Shown piece after piece: positions 24,072-34,594 of a DNA stretch of 64,000 bases. The notes beneath the pieces were generated by a model. The model saw only the letters and a list, made by a program, of their open reading frames with translations. It was not told the DNA's origin and ran no database searches. The position numbers and the translations under genes are program-made. The DNA comes from Candidatus Saccharimonadota bacterium. Its GTDB lineage: Bacteria; Patescibacteriota; Saccharimonadia; Saccharimonadales; Saccharimonadaceae. Positions within the stretch are counted from its first letter, which is position 1. The number at the start of each line of letters is the position of its first letter. The stretch lies in the NCBI GenBank assembly GCA_017511925.1, contig JAFWHS010000001.1, forward strand, positions 35 to 64,034, given 5' to 3'.

Positions 24072-24258
24072 ATTTTCCCTTTCTAATTGTTTTGTGTTGA
24101 TATTTTTCTCTATATCAACGGGGTAACAAATAACTCAAATTAATAAATTTCCACTCTCTATTATACCATAAAATTATGCCTATGCTTGCTTTTTTCTTAA
24201 CAAGAGCGTAGACTGGTAAAAATAATTATTTAACAACAAGATGTGGAGGTGAAAAACC

Positions 24259-24477
24259 GTGGGGCGCTTAGAAGACATGTTAATCAGAAATGGTGTGATT
24301 TATCATGCACCGGATGGATCTAGTTCATATATTGAAGGCAGTTTATTATCCAATTCTCTATGTGTTCGCAATTCTTCCGGCTGGGTCACCCATCGTATCG
24401 AACGCTCCAGCAATGGCGTCGATCTTGTCGTTCGCAACACTTCCACCGGTCTCGTCGAGATGCGCATAGCCGCTTAA
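24259..24477 (+). CDS. hypothetical small protein
   Basis: 72-aa ORF; GTG start with GGAGGTG 7 nt upstream. Confidence 0.35.
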   Translation: MGRLEDMLIRNGVIYHAPDGSSSYIEGSLLSNSLCVRNSSGWVTHRIERSSNGVDLVVRNTSTGLVEMRIAA

Positions 24478-24482
24478 ATTGA

Positions 24483-25388
24483 CTAACCCCAAAAACTACG
24501 TTTTTTACTACTCTTAAATTCTTCTAAAAGCTCTTTTTGCTTGCGGCTCAAATTCTTTGGCGTCTCCACAATTACGGTTACAATATGTGGCCCTCTATCC
24601 CCATCACTACGGAAAGGCACTCCATGCCCAGACAGTTTGAATGGAGTACCACTTTGCGTACCAGCCGGCACCTTCATAGTAATCTTACCATCTACCGTTT
24701 CCACTTCTATCTCACAGCCAAGCGCCGCATCTACCATATCAATTTTTTCCTCAGACAATATAATTGCACCTTCACGCGTCAAACTCTTATGCGGCTTCAC
24801 CTTAACCTTCACATACAAATCTCCTGGCTCACTTCCACCTTCCGGTGCTGGACCACCCTTTCCTCGCAAACGAATAGACATCCCGTCGTCTATTCCAGCT
24901 GGAATTTTTACTTTCAACTCTTTTCCATCTACTGAGATATTTTTCGTTGTGCCAAAAATCGCCTCTTCAAAAGTCAAAGCCACTGACGTTTGATAATCTG
25001 GCCCTCTTCGTGGCCTTCGTGCTCCACCAGCTCCAAAACCAAATAAACTCCCGAGTATATCATCAAACATCCCACCACCGCCAAAATCAAAGTCAAAAGT
25101 CTGCCCATTGTAATTAAAACCACCAAACGGATTACCAGAAAACCCTCCGCCTGCTGCCGAACCACCCACGCCAGCATGACCAAATTGATCATACCTCGCC
25201 CGTTTTTGCTTATCACTCAAAACTTCATGGGCCTCAGAAACTTCCTTAAATTTTGCCTCAGCTTCCTTGTCTCCGGGATTCTTATCCGGATGATACTTCA
25301 CAGCTAATTTCCTATACGCCTTTTTTATTTCATCATCAGACGCATTTTTTGACACGCCAAGCACTTCATAATAATCACGTTTTGCCAT
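24483..25388 (-). CDS. J-domain co-chaperone, DnaJ/CbpA-like and lacking the zinc-finger domain
   Basis: J domain (DYYEVLGV...[13 protein letters not shown]), a G/F-rich region and the C-terminal substrate-binding domains; no CxxCxGxG repeats. Confidence 0.8.
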   Translation of the reverse strand: MAKRDYYEVLGVSKNASDDEIKKAYRKLAVKYHPDKNPGDKEAEAKFKEVSEAHEVLSDKQKRARYDQFGHAGVGGSAAGGGFSGNPFGGFNYNGQTFDFDFGGGGMFDDILGSLFGFGAGGARRPRRGPDYQTSVALTFEEAIFGTTKNISVDGKELKVKIPAGIDDGMSIRLRGKGGPAPEGGSEPGDLYVKVKVKPHKSLTREGAIILSEEKIDMVDAALGCEIEVETVDGKITMKVPAGTQSGTPFKLSGHGVPFRSDGDRGPHIVTVIVETPKNLSRKQKELLEEFKSSKKRSFWG

Positions 25389-25406
25389 AATATATATTAT
25401 ATCCCA

Positions 25407-25433
25407 CTAGCACTCAAAACGCAAGAGTGCCAG
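25407..25433. promoter_or_regulatory. CIRCE-like inverted repeat upstream of the J-protein gene
   Basis: CTAGCACTC-N9-GAGTGCCAG compared with the consensus TTAGCACTC-N9-GAGTGCTAA; it sits just upstream of the -10 box (rc TATAAT at 25396-25401). Confidence 0.6.
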
Positions 25434-25436
25434 CAA

Positions 25437-26087
25437 CTACTCCAATGGCGCTATCGGCTTATACTCATAAATAATTTCGTAATCGTTTGGCTCAAATCCC
25501 TTCTCCCTCACCAAACTCAAAGCAAAATCATAATTACCGCCAGTTGTATCAGTAATTTTCAGACAAAAATCTTCATCGCACTCATCAAACTCACCGCCAT
25601 CAACTCTAAACTCCGTATAATCCCAATTTTCATCATAATTTGCGTATATTATTGGCAAAATCTCCACCACCGGATTCTCCGCCCTATAAATCTTACTATC
25701 TTCACTCGCTTTTGCATCGCCAATAGTATTGAGCACCATTTGATCTTCCTCATGATTCAAATACCAATCAAGCATCCCATCAAGCGGCAACAAATAAGTA
25801 TACAGCTTTACAGTTTCATTCGCTTTTAGCTCAACATTCATTTCTTTTGAGCTAAAACCCTCTTTCGAAATATTTATCTTTACCTCTCCAGGTTCAAATT
25901 CGTAAGTACCATTTGTATATTCCTTATTGTCCACCAAAATCTTTGCCGAAAGTGGCGCCACCAAAATCTCAAGCTTTGCAGTCCTTTTAGAATCTAAAAT
26001 TACATATATCAAAGATACAAGCAAGATCGCAGCAACTGCCACTACCGATCCTGCAATTATTCTCTTCACCTTTTTGTCCATCTGCAT
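25437..26087 (-). CDS. membrane-anchored PEGA-like domain protein
   Basis: 216 aa; N-terminal TM; LEILVAPLSAKILVDNKEY..GEVKINISKEGFSSKEM resembles a PEGA domain; last gene of the T4SS-like operon (start overlaps the previous stop). Confidence 0.4.
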   Translation of the reverse strand: MQMDKKVKRIIAGSVVAVAAILLVSLIYVILDSKRTAKLEILVAPLSAKILVDNKEYTNGTYEFEPGEVKINISKEGFSSKEMNVELKANETVKLYTYLLPLDGMLDWYLNHEEDQMVLNTIGDAKASEDSKIYRAENPVVEILPIIYANYDENWDYTEFRVDGGEFDECDEDFCLKITDTTGGNYDFALSLVREKGFEPNDYEIIYEYKPIAPLE

Positions 26088-27307
26088 TACTGTTTTCTCC
26101 TAAATACTCTAAAATTAGACCCCGCATAATAGTCTCCGCCATGATCACCAGTACGATCACAGTGAGATGCTGATGCTATCTTATACGTCCCATCATCTAA
26201 CTGCACCACAATCTCCACATGGCCACCACTCGCACGAATATCCCCCGGTTGCAAATTTGAAGTATTTCCAATATTCTCAATTTCTTCATACAAGTCACTA
26301 TGTGAACTCAAATATTCAAGCTGCATCGCCGCCCCACAGCAAGGAAAATCCGCATCCGCATTAGAATATCTCATCACCGTAGCGAGAAATGCATCGCAGC
26401 TATTCCCGCCGATAGAACAACTATCACCCTGCCCCAAAGTAGCCACACCATTTGAAGCATTTAAAGCCTCGCGATATTCTGGCTTCGGATCCGTCGGAGA
26501 ATGACTTCGATCCGGCCAAGATAAGCTAATTGCCGTAGCATTAATATCGCCATTACCCGCACCAACACAGATAGAAGTACTAGTCTGAGATGATCCGCTC
26601 CCATCACCAGACGAATTTTCCCCAGCGTTACTAACCATCTCCGGATGCTTCGTCGCAAGTTCTGCAGACAAAGCCCAACCTTTTTCGCTAGCCCGATTTT
26701 CAATCGCTTTAATCAATGAACTTAATTTTTCTACATATGTTGGATCAGACGCATATCCCGCATTCTTTATTGCCTGTGCATAAGCATACGGATTAGTAAT
26801 AGTTTCTCCTGCAAAAACTCCATTATTGCGGTAAACACTAGTCTTCCGAATATTCTCATAATAACCTCGCCACCCTTCTTCTGGCGTATCATACGAAAAG
26901 GCGTTATTTGGGTTTGAATCAAAAGCCCCAATCCCAAAAAAGTTATTTCTATTTACCGCAAAATTCGACGTACCACTGGCTGATTCCAAAATACCCTGCG
27001 CCACTACCGTTTCCCAAGGTATCCCATATTCTATCGAAAGTGCCTCTGCAATATTATGATAGGTATCCACAAAAGCCGCCTGCAAATCCGACAACCCAGC
27101 CGATGAACTACCGTCATACAAACCAACCATCGCGCTACTACATTTCGATCCATATGCATCGTAAAAATAAATCCCATTTATGCCATAACTATAAAGTTGA
27201 GATTCTGGCACCTTCGCATTCACCGAACGTACCAAAACCGGTGCCAACGCACAAGTCGCTGCCACCCCCACCACGAAGATTTTTTTCAAAAAATCTTTCC
27301 TCTTCAT
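26087..27307 (-). CDS. secreted bifunctional peptidoglycan hydrolase (glucosaminidase domain + Cys/His CHAP/NlpC-like domain)
   Basis: It has a signal peptide. GILESASGTSNFAVNRNNFFGIGAF...YASDPTYVEKL is a FlgJ-type glucosaminidase block. The C-terminal NSCDAFLATVM...GGHVEIVV is a Cys...His pair. Confidence 0.65.
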   Translation of the reverse strand: MKRKDFLKKIFVVGVAATCALAPVLVRSVNAKVPESQLYSYGINGIYFYDAYGSKCSSAMVGLYDGSSSAGLSDLQAAFVDTYHNIAEALSIEYGIPWETVVAQGILESASGTSNFAVNRNNFFGIGAFDSNPNNAFSYDTPEEGWRGYYENIRKTSVYRNNGVFAGETITNPYAYAQAIKNAGYASDPTYVEKLSSLIKAIENRASEKGWALSAELATKHPEMVSNAGENSSGDGSGSSQTSTSICVGAGNGDINATAISLSWPDRSHSPTDPKPEYREALNASNGVATLGQGDSCSIGGNSCDAFLATVMRYSNADADFPCCGAAMQLEYLSSHSDLYEEIENIGNTSNLQPGDIRASGGHVEIVVQLDDGTYKIASASHCDRTGDHGGDYYAGSNFRVFRRKQ

Positions 27308-27314
27308 AATATAC

Positions 27315-29141
27315 CTACGTCGTATTTTTATTATTCGGATTAGTCGTAATCAAACTTTCTTCTGTTTCACTTGCAATTACCTGAATATGTACGTGATTTT
27401 GTCCAGCAAAGAACAAACCCTGCCCCACTGGAAAATTCGCCAATCTACGTTTTTCTTCTTCAGTCAATTTAAATGTATCAGCCAGCACGTCCACCGCCGA
27501 TGCCGACTGCTTCAAAAGCAGCTGCATTGATGAGTTCGCTACTATAGCTCTTCCCATCTTTGAGCCCATAAAATCTTCTACATCCTGAGTAATCGTCGTA
27601 AGACCAAGATAATACTTCCTAGCCCGCTTCGCTAACGAAAACAAGAAGTTCGCCGAATCATCGTATTTCATCAACTGCCACGACTCGTCCACGATCAAAA
27701 GACGTTTTTTCTGTTGAGCTCTCACTATATTCCAAATGTGAGACAACACAATGTACATCGCCACTGGCCGAAGCTCGTCTTCAAGGTCACGAATATTAAA
27801 CACTACCATCTGATTATTAATATCCACATTGCTTTGCTGCGAGAAGATGCCAGCAAAAGTACCTGTAGTATATTTGCGCAACCTCTGAGCCAATTGTGGC
27901 CCAGTGCCCTCCATATGTAGCAAAGTGTCATATAAATTCAAAATCGTTGGCGGAGTAGACTGATGCGTCAAAGGATCAGATGTGATACCAGCTCTAGCAT
28001 AAGTATCGATCAAAGCCTGGTCAAGATCCGCCTCTTCATTAGCCGTTAAAGCTGGTACCATTTGCCCGCCAGCCGTCACCTGATTCCCGCCGAGCATTAA
28101 TCTAAACAACCCATGCAAAGTCACCAAGTTAGCTCTAAGCGCATCATTCGCATCTTCCGCATCTACCACTTTTGGCAAATCAAATGGATTAATTCTTACA
28201 TCCGAGTTAAGCGACAATCTAATATATGATCCTCCTACCGCATCACAAAGTTTTTGATACTCGTTTTCTGGATCAATAATCAGGATCTCCGCCCCGACCA
28301 TCATTGATCGGAGCGCTTCCAACTTCACCGTGAATGACTTACCAGCACCAGATTTAGCGAACACCACCATGTTTGCATTTTCCAAGCTGAATCTGTCAAA
28401 TATCACGAGGCCATTATTGTGCATGTTGATCCCATATAATATACCTTTATCTTGAGTCAAATCTGCTGACGTAAACGGGAAAGATGTCGATATCGCACCA
28501 GTATTCATATTACGACGAATTTGCAGCTGGTCCGTACATTGCGGAGTAATAGAATTCAGACCCTGCTCTTGTTGCGAATTAGCCACTTTTGAAAAAATCA
28601 TTTGCTGACCAAAAATCGTCTCAATCTTTTGTTGTACAAACTTAAGCTCATCCAAAGAATCCGCCCATATAGTTACATAAAGTCCAAACCGGAAAAATCT
28701 CTCCGCTCCCACTTGCAACTGATCACGCAATTCTTCTGCATCCGTAATTGCCGCTTCAAGCTCTGGATCACGTACTTTGCCTTTTTCTGCGTTCAAATTC
28801 AAAGAAGCTTCAAGCTGAGTCACTTTCGTTCGTAAATTTTTCATCACTACAGCCGATTCTACAGGATAAATATACATTGAAACGTCAATCACTTCGTCAA
28901 TATTAATAATGGGCGACAACCATCCAGTATACAAAGAGCGTGGATAACCATACACATACAAAGTTCGCCCATATTTATTGCCCAACCGAAAATAATCTGA
29001 GTGGATTTCAATCGCGGACGGTGAAATTAAATCACGCAAAGTATTTGTACCCTGCTCAAACGCTCTCTGAATCTCTGCTTGCTCCATCGCTTCAGCTTGT
29101 GCTGCAATTTCTGCCGGCGTCAACTGTCTCTTTTTAGCCAT
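27315..29141 (-). CDS. virB4: VirB4-family type IV secretion ATPase (TrsE/PrgJ-like)
   Basis: 608 aa; Walker A VFAKSGAGKSFT, Walker B LLIVDESW; Gram-positive-type N-domain (RTLYVYGYPRSLYTGWL). Confidence 0.85.
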   Translation of the reverse strand: MAKKRQLTPAEIAAQAEAMEQAEIQRAFEQGTNTLRDLISPSAIEIHSDYFRLGNKYGRTLYVYGYPRSLYTGWLSPIINIDEVIDVSMYIYPVESAVVMKNLRTKVTQLEASLNLNAEKGKVRDPELEAAITDAEELRDQLQVGAERFFRFGLYVTIWADSLDELKFVQQKIETIFGQQMIFSKVANSQQEQGLNSITPQCTDQLQIRRNMNTGAISTSFPFTSADLTQDKGILYGINMHNNGLVIFDRFSLENANMVVFAKSGAGKSFTVKLEALRSMMVGAEILIIDPENEYQKLCDAVGGSYIRLSLNSDVRINPFDLPKVVDAEDANDALRANLVTLHGLFRLMLGGNQVTAGGQMVPALTANEEADLDQALIDTYARAGITSDPLTHQSTPPTILNLYDTLLHMEGTGPQLAQRLRKYTTGTFAGIFSQQSNVDINNQMVVFNIRDLEDELRPVAMYIVLSHIWNIVRAQQKKRLLIVDESWQLMKYDDSANFLFSLAKRARKYYLGLTTITQDVEDFMGSKMGRAIVANSSMQLLLKQSASAVDVLADTFKLTEEEKRRLANFPVGQGLFFAGQNHVHIQVIASETEESLITTNPNNKNTT

Positions 29142-29991
29142 TTACTGCCCCTCCATTATTTTGATCTTTTTTCGGCTCGCCCTTTCTTACGTATGTCGTA
29201 GCCAATTTTGAAAAATCTACCAAAGGTTCCCTTACTGCCGTATCTGGATTATTGAAATTATAATAAAGCTCAGCTAATTCTTTAGTATTTAATCTTACCG
29301 AATGTATACCAATTTGGAATAAACCAGCTGTCACCGAATCCACACGATTATTTAGTTCCGTGAGAGCCTTATCATAAGTCGCACGATCTATCCTCGTCAC
29401 TTCGGGAGCCTTCGTCTTCGAAAAAGATTTAAAGAAATTCTTCGTTTGCTGCAAAACCTTCTCCGCATCCGGTGAAGAATAATATGGTATCACAATAAAG
29501 AATGATTTATCCATGATATTTGCTTCTTGCGATAAAATATCCACGAAATTAATATAATCATCCATCAACACGCCAAGCAACATATTATCATTATTGCGCC
29601 GAATTTCAGACAATCTCTCCAGATATGGTCCAATATCTACTCTCTGTGATCTCACTAGTATTTGAGTTGTAAATTTCAAAGAGTTTAAGAAATTCTGATA
29701 AGAATATTCCACGCCCTCACGTTCCACATCGCTCATGAGATCAAAGTTGATAGATTTGCAAGCCACCACCGCACGAAAAGACCCATCTTTCATTATCACC
29801 ACATTATCGCGCAACTCCGATATCAATAAAGTAGCCTGCGTAGACGTCGGCTCTTCTTTATTTGGGGACACCGGCATAGCCTGATTTGCAGCAATCGCCG
29901 TTGCACCCATATTCTGTGCACCACTAGCTATCGCCGTTTGTTGCCCAGGAATAATCATTTGTGGTCCTTGTTGTGTTTGCTGCGGGTTCAT
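29134..29991 (-). CDS. T4SS-operon protein of unknown function
   Basis: 285 aa; Q/A-rich N-terminus; 8-nt overlap with the virB4 start; no family recognised with confidence. Confidence 0.5.
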   Translation of the reverse strand: MNPQQTQQGPQMIIPGQQTAIASGAQNMGATAIAANQAMPVSPNKEEPTSTQATLLISELRDNVVIMKDGSFRAVVACKSINFDLMSDVEREGVEYSYQNFLNSLKFTTQILVRSQRVDIGPYLERLSEIRRNNDNMLLGVLMDDYINFVDILSQEANIMDKSFFIVIPYYSSPDAEKVLQQTKNFFKSFSKTKAPEVTRIDRATYDKALTELNNRVDSVTAGLFQIGIHSVRLNTKELAELYYNFNNPDTAVREPLVDFSKLATTYVRKGEPKKDQNNGGAVNG

Positions 29992-29994
29992 AAC

Positions 29995-30903
29995 TTAGTG
30001 TAACGAAATAAATACTTCGTCTTCGTCCTTTCTATTTATGCGATTAGCTTCCTTTGCAATCGTTGCAATGGAAAAATCAGGATTACTTGCTAGTTCTATT
30101 ATACTAGGTTTTGCTTTAATTTTGGAAACTTTTTCTACCGGTTTTTCTTCCACTGGCGTTGGCATCACTACCACATTATTAGCCTTTTCTTCCTTAGGTT
30201 GTCGCAAAACTACCGAAGCTTTTTCCTCTATCGGCGTCGGCGGTATCGCTTTTTGCTTTGCTGCAGCTTCAGCTTTTGCTTTCTCTTCCTTATAAGCTTT
30301 CATGCCAAAATCTTCGTTCCGCTCAATCGCTTCTCGCATGCTCTTTATGACTTCTTCATGCTTTTCTGCTTTTTCACGATCGATCGCCCGATTCAAATTC
30401 ATCGCTGCATAATTGTCAAACATATCGCTCGTTGCGTTCGCCTCAGCTAGCAAATCCTCTCGCATTGGATTACCACTCGCACCTTTAATCGCATAACCAC
30501 CGGTATCCATAATATCCGCCAAAAATGACAACCGATGTGTAGCTTCCTCTCCAGTAATATCACGCTTGCGATTATCATCCACTATCTTTGGCGCTGAGAT
30601 TTTTATCGTAGATTCACTTTGCCCCGGAGTCCAAAGTCTTTTACGAGGCTTTAGATAATATGAAACTATCGCCGCCAAGTACGTCTCCATCGGCTGATCT
30701 TTTTTAAGCGGCAAAGCCAAAGCCAGCAAAAGTAATACCGGCGGTAAAGGTATAATAGCTAACAGTGGAAAAAGTTGGAATAACCCCACAGCTGCCGCAA
30801 TCAACCCCGCCGCAATCAAAAGATAAACAAACTGCCGAAAACTAAACGGCCCGATAAGCTTATCGTCTGCCTCAACATCCTGAGGCACTTTATACTGCGC
30901 CAT
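29995..30903 (-). CDS. PrgI-family (VirB3-like) membrane protein with extended C-terminal region
   Basis: MAQYKVPQDVEADDKLIGPFSFRQFVYLLIAAGL followed by two TM helices is the PrgI signature; the C-terminus is Lys/Glu/Pro-rich. Confidence 0.7.
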   Translation of the reverse strand: MAQYKVPQDVEADDKLIGPFSFRQFVYLLIAAGLIAAAVGLFQLFPLLAIIPLPPVLLLLALALPLKKDQPMETYLAAIVSYYLKPRKRLWTPGQSESTIKISAPKIVDDNRKRDITGEEATHRLSFLADIMDTGGYAIKGASGNPMREDLLAEANATSDMFDNYAAMNLNRAIDREKAEKHEEVIKSMREAIERNEDFGMKAYKEEKAKAEAAAKQKAIPPTPIEEKASVVLRQPKEEKANNVVVMPTPVEEKPVEKVSKIKAKPSIIELASNPDFSIATIAKEANRINRKDEDEVFISLH

Positions 30904-30952
30904 ATAATATATATTATAACATATCTAAAGCGTTTTTAAATCATAAGCAAAA

Positions 30953-33900
30953 TTATGCGTCTGGATAATTATCCGGATTCTGCAATAAATCTTCCAATTC
31001 CGTCTTTAGAGTATAAGCATCCACATGATCTTTATTTTGCTTATAGTACTCCTTAAATTTCTCCTCTACCAATGCAGGAGTTTCACCAAACCATTCTCTG
31101 AAAGTCTTTTCTACCATCAAATCATAGAAATCTATTGCTGATAAATCCACATCTTTATTTTCATTCCATATACTTTCTAATTCATCTCTTATTTCACGTC
31201 TCTTAGTCTCATCGTAAACCCTCTGGATATGGCCAGCCGCATCACCTGAATCAGCTAAAACATCCTCGCCACGCATCCTGGACCTTTGTTGTTCATAAAA
31301 TTTCACTTCTCGACTCATAGCCTCTTCATTATCGAGACCAATCCATTCTCTCCACCAGTCCTTTGCATTATTCGCAGCACCAGATCTTCTAGTTCTATAA
31401 ATCTGTTCAAGTTTACCAGTCTCGCCAAGCACCTTTCTGACTTGCGCTTTAGCCATTTCCATCCTCAATTTTTTCAAGTCTGCTTCGCGCAATCTTTCAG
31501 CCTCCTCCGGATCCTTATCTCCGTAACGCGTCTGAATTTCTGCTCTAGCATTTTCGTATTCAGCCCGTCTCTTAGATGTTGGTTCATCATCAGAACTGTC
31601 ATCCAAGAACATTTCCGCAAAATGTTCTGCCAATGCTCCTCTATAATCTGTTCGCATTCCCAAAATCTGACCAGTCGTCTGATCTTTAATATAATCCCTA
31701 GTCTTTCTACGGAAATACTTCTCCACTTCATCTTCATGCCCAGCAAAATCTTTGCTTTCCCATACTGGGGCCAAATCATATTCTGGATTCTGATCCTTAT
31801 CCGTAATCACATTACCATCTTTATCCTTTTTCTGCTTCAACTCATAACCAGTCCAGAATTTCACGCCACTATTAATTTGTTCGCTACCAGAAAGCCACTT
31901 CAAGCTTGCCGATAGGAATGCCGGCTCAAATGCTGTCTGAATTTCCTCACGCTTTCTCAGATACCCCTCCACATCCCAATCAGCCCCTGGATTGGAAGAA
32001 TTAAACCCATAAGTCCGCTTAAGGCTCTCATCTAAATTAGAAAGAGCAGTTCGTTCAATATTATCAAGTGACGTACCTTCTACAAGCTGTTTCATCCCCT
32101 TCTTTGCATACATTCTACCAGTCGGATTACTCTCAGATATAAGCTCTGGTTCTCCATCATGATAACCTTTTACGTACTCATCATACGACACCCTCATCAC
32201 CTGCCGATCGTTAGCATTATACGCCCTAGCTGTCTCGAGATTAATATACTTACCAAATCTCCTCAAGAACGGGTCATTATCTTTCACCTCAAACATCAAG
32301 AAGCTCGCCAATGCTTGCGAAGCATGCGTACCCAACTCTATTCCCTTATTGCTATTTAGTACATTATCCATCTGTATTTTCAACAAATCCGTATCGCCAC
32401 GTTGGTTCAGAATCCTTAGGCCAGGAATAATACTGTCAATTTGGCTAGCCGCATTTTCCATCTTAGTCAACTCACCAAGCCTATATTCTACATCCTTCGT
32501 TGGTGGAGTAAGCTCAAAATACTTCTGCATTTTAGCTTCTACAATTTTCTTCTGAGTATCATAAGCCTGAGCTGCCGTAGCTGCAGCATAATGTATGCCA
32601 GTCACTTCACCTTCCAAGATATTACTGACATCTTTATATCTAGTTTCAGCTTCCTGGCGATTCTTTATATCATGCGCCTTATAAATCAATTTACCATTCT
32701 TATTTCTCAAGTCTTTATTTACATCATCAAAATGCGCATTCATGGCATCTTCCATCCTTCTATGGAAACCCGCTGCATTATCATATGTAATCTTCTCACC
32801 GCGAGCCTGCTCCACCTTCAACATATCCGAAGCTTTCACATTCGCACTATCAAGCGCTGCTAGTCGCGCTTTCTTGGCAGCACTCGCATTTTGCACTACT
32901 GCAAGTTGGCCTAAGCCCTTATTCATATTATTCTTGTGGCGTTCAATGGTTCGCATATATTCCATATTTTTCGCTTGCATTGCATAATCTTCTTCTGCAT
33001 CCCTGCCCGGCATACCTCTCTTATTATATTTACGATCCACATTATATGCTTGACCCCTCAATTTTGTCTTAGCGGCATACTCACCAGTCTCCTCTTCCCT
33101 CGCAATCCTGCGATTAGACATAAATTGCATCAACCTCAAGCTTGGCGTATATGCCTTCTCCGACGCCAAATACTTCTGTCGTGACAACTGTCTATGCGAA
33201 TCCGCCCAACCACGATTCGTCGCAAGCGGCCTCGCCGCAAGACCATGCAATCTTGTATTAATATTACTAAGAAACGTACCAGACATCTTCATTAAATTCC
33301 AAGAGAAGAAAAGCGGGAATATCTGTACCGCCACACCAAGCAATACCCAAAATCCGCTCTTAGCACTCGCAATAATCGCCCAACCCGCTAAGCTAGATGC
33401 GCCAAAAAGAAGCGAAAACATCGGATAAAAAGTCAACATCTTTATCAATAGCTGTCGCCACTTTTTAAACCATTGCTCTGTATTTGGCAACATATATGCC
33501 ACTACCGCAAGCGGCGCAATCATCACCAAAAGTGCCACCACCGCCTGGCGAAGCGCAATCGTCACAAGCCCAATCACCACCGCCGCAATCGCACCCAAGA
33601 CCGTAGGAATCAACATCCAAATCGCACCCGTCTCAAACGCCACTATCCCAGCTACCGCTCCACCACCAGCTACCGCCGCATACATCCCACTAAGCGAAAA
33701 ATCATCCATATTCGAAAAATTCGCCGTCGCAAGCGTCGACTCTTCCACCGATGTAAACACTCCTCTCAATCCATTCCCTATTATATTAGATGCATCCACC
33801 GCCAGCGAACAAATAATGAAACTTAAGTTCACCAGCACCGCTACCACTATCAACTTCGGCAACGCCTTTTTAATCCCGTAATTAGATATCCCTACCCCAG

Positions 33901-34366
33901 TAATTTGCGAATATATCACCACTAGCAAGAAAATAATAAACACAATATTGGTAATCCCCCGCATATATTTCCAAATCTCATAAATCGGCGAACCATCCTC
34001 TGCCGATACCGGATTAATCACCAAAATCTCTTCTATCTTATCATATAGCCAGTCCACCGCCTCTGATATTTTGCCAGTCGTCGGACAAACCAACCACGCA
34101 AGAGACCCCAACCCATCCTCACATGATTTTGCTTCTATTTGCTGTTCTTCCTCAGTCTGCTCCTCAACCTCAGTCACCTCTCCTTCAGCTTCTGCCTCAG
34201 CTTCATCCACATATACCGTCTCGTCTACCGGATCAGCGTATACGTTATTTGGAGTCACTACCCCCATTAAAGACAACACCCCTATAATACCAAAAAGACA
34301 CCCAAAAAGGGCTTTACCGAAACGAATTTTTGGAAATCTTTTCGTTATCATACCATTAAAAATCAC
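30953..34366 (-). CDS. giant VirB6/TrbL-like polytopic membrane protein (paralog 1) with a ~750-aa charged C-terminal region
   Basis: 1137 aa; GTG start with GGGAGG SD. It has a signal/TM segment, the Cys motif SCEDGLGSLAWLVCP and a multi-TM core. A ~60-aa block (ITNIVFIIFLLVVIYSQITGVGISNYGIKKALPKLIVVAVLVNLSFIICSLAVDASNIIGNGL) is near-identical to the protein at 45331-48807. Confidence 0.65.
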   Translation of the reverse strand: MIFNGMITKRFPKIRFGKALFGCLFGIIGVLSLMGVVTPNNVYADPVDETVYVDEAEAEAEGEVTEVEEQTEEEQQIEAKSCEDGLGSLAWLVCPTTGKISEAVDWLYDKIEEILVINPVSAEDGSPIYEIWKYMRGITNIVFIIFLLVVIYSQITGVGISNYGIKKALPKLIVVAVLVNLSFIICSLAVDASNIIGNGLRGVFTSVEESTLATANFSNMDDFSLSGMYAAVAGGGAVAGIVAFETGAIWMLIPTVLGAIAAVVIGLVTIALRQAVVALLVMIAPLAVVAYMLPNTEQWFKKWRQLLIKMLTFYPMFSLLFGASSLAGWAIIASAKSGFWVLLGVAVQIFPLFFSWNLMKMSGTFLSNINTRLHGLAARPLATNRGWADSHRQLSRQKYLASEKAYTPSLRLMQFMSNRRIAREEETGEYAAKTKLRGQAYNVDRKYNKRGMPGRDAEEDYAMQAKNMEYMRTIERHKNNMNKGLGQLAVVQNASAAKKARLAALDSANVKASDMLKVEQARGEKITYDNAAGFHRRMEDAMNAHFDDVNKDLRNKNGKLIYKAHDIKNRQEAETRYKDVSNILEGEVTGIHYAAATAAQAYDTQKKIVEAKMQKYFELTPPTKDVEYRLGELTKMENAASQIDSIIPGLRILNQRGDTDLLKIQMDNVLNSNKGIELGTHASQALASFLMFEVKDNDPFLRRFGKYINLETARAYNANDRQVMRVSYDEYVKGYHDGEPELISESNPTGRMYAKKGMKQLVEGTSLDNIERTALSNLDESLKRTYGFNSSNPGADWDVEGYLRKREEIQTAFEPAFLSASLKWLSGSEQINSGVKFWTGYELKQKKDKDGNVITDKDQNPEYDLAPVWESKDFAGHEDEVEKYFRRKTRDYIKDQTTGQILGMRTDYRGALAEHFAEMFLDDSSDDEPTSKRRAEYENARAEIQTRYGDKDPEEAERLREADLKKLRMEMAKAQVRKVLGETGKLEQIYRTRRSGAANNAKDWWREWIGLDNEEAMSREVKFYEQQRSRMRGEDVLADSGDAAGHIQRVYDETKRREIRDELESIWNENKDVDLSAIDFYDLMVEKTFREWFGETPALVEEKFKEYYKQNKDHVDAYTLKTELEDLLQNPDNYPDA

Positions 34367-34594
34367 ACCCGCCTCCCTTTTTGAGGCGTGAGTTAATTAT
34401 ATCACGCATAAGCGCTTTTGTCAAGGATAAAAACCGCTTTTTTGACCTTTCATCACTCCTGTTAACTTAAGCTTTATTCTTCACAGCTTCCCTAAAATAC
34501 TTCTGCTTGCACTTTTTCGTCATTTTAGTATAATATACACCGGTACGCTAGGAGGGAGCGTATAACAGCACATTAAAAAAGGAGTTGAAGAAAC

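Noticed and set aside
21624-25216. Antisense or alternate-frame ORFs within the DUF1113, CYTH, rny and J-protein genes (for example 21964-22365, 23215-23877, 24541-24993)
   Set aside because: They overlap well-supported conserved genes, and the Ser/Leu/Phe-rich translations are typical of antisense frames.
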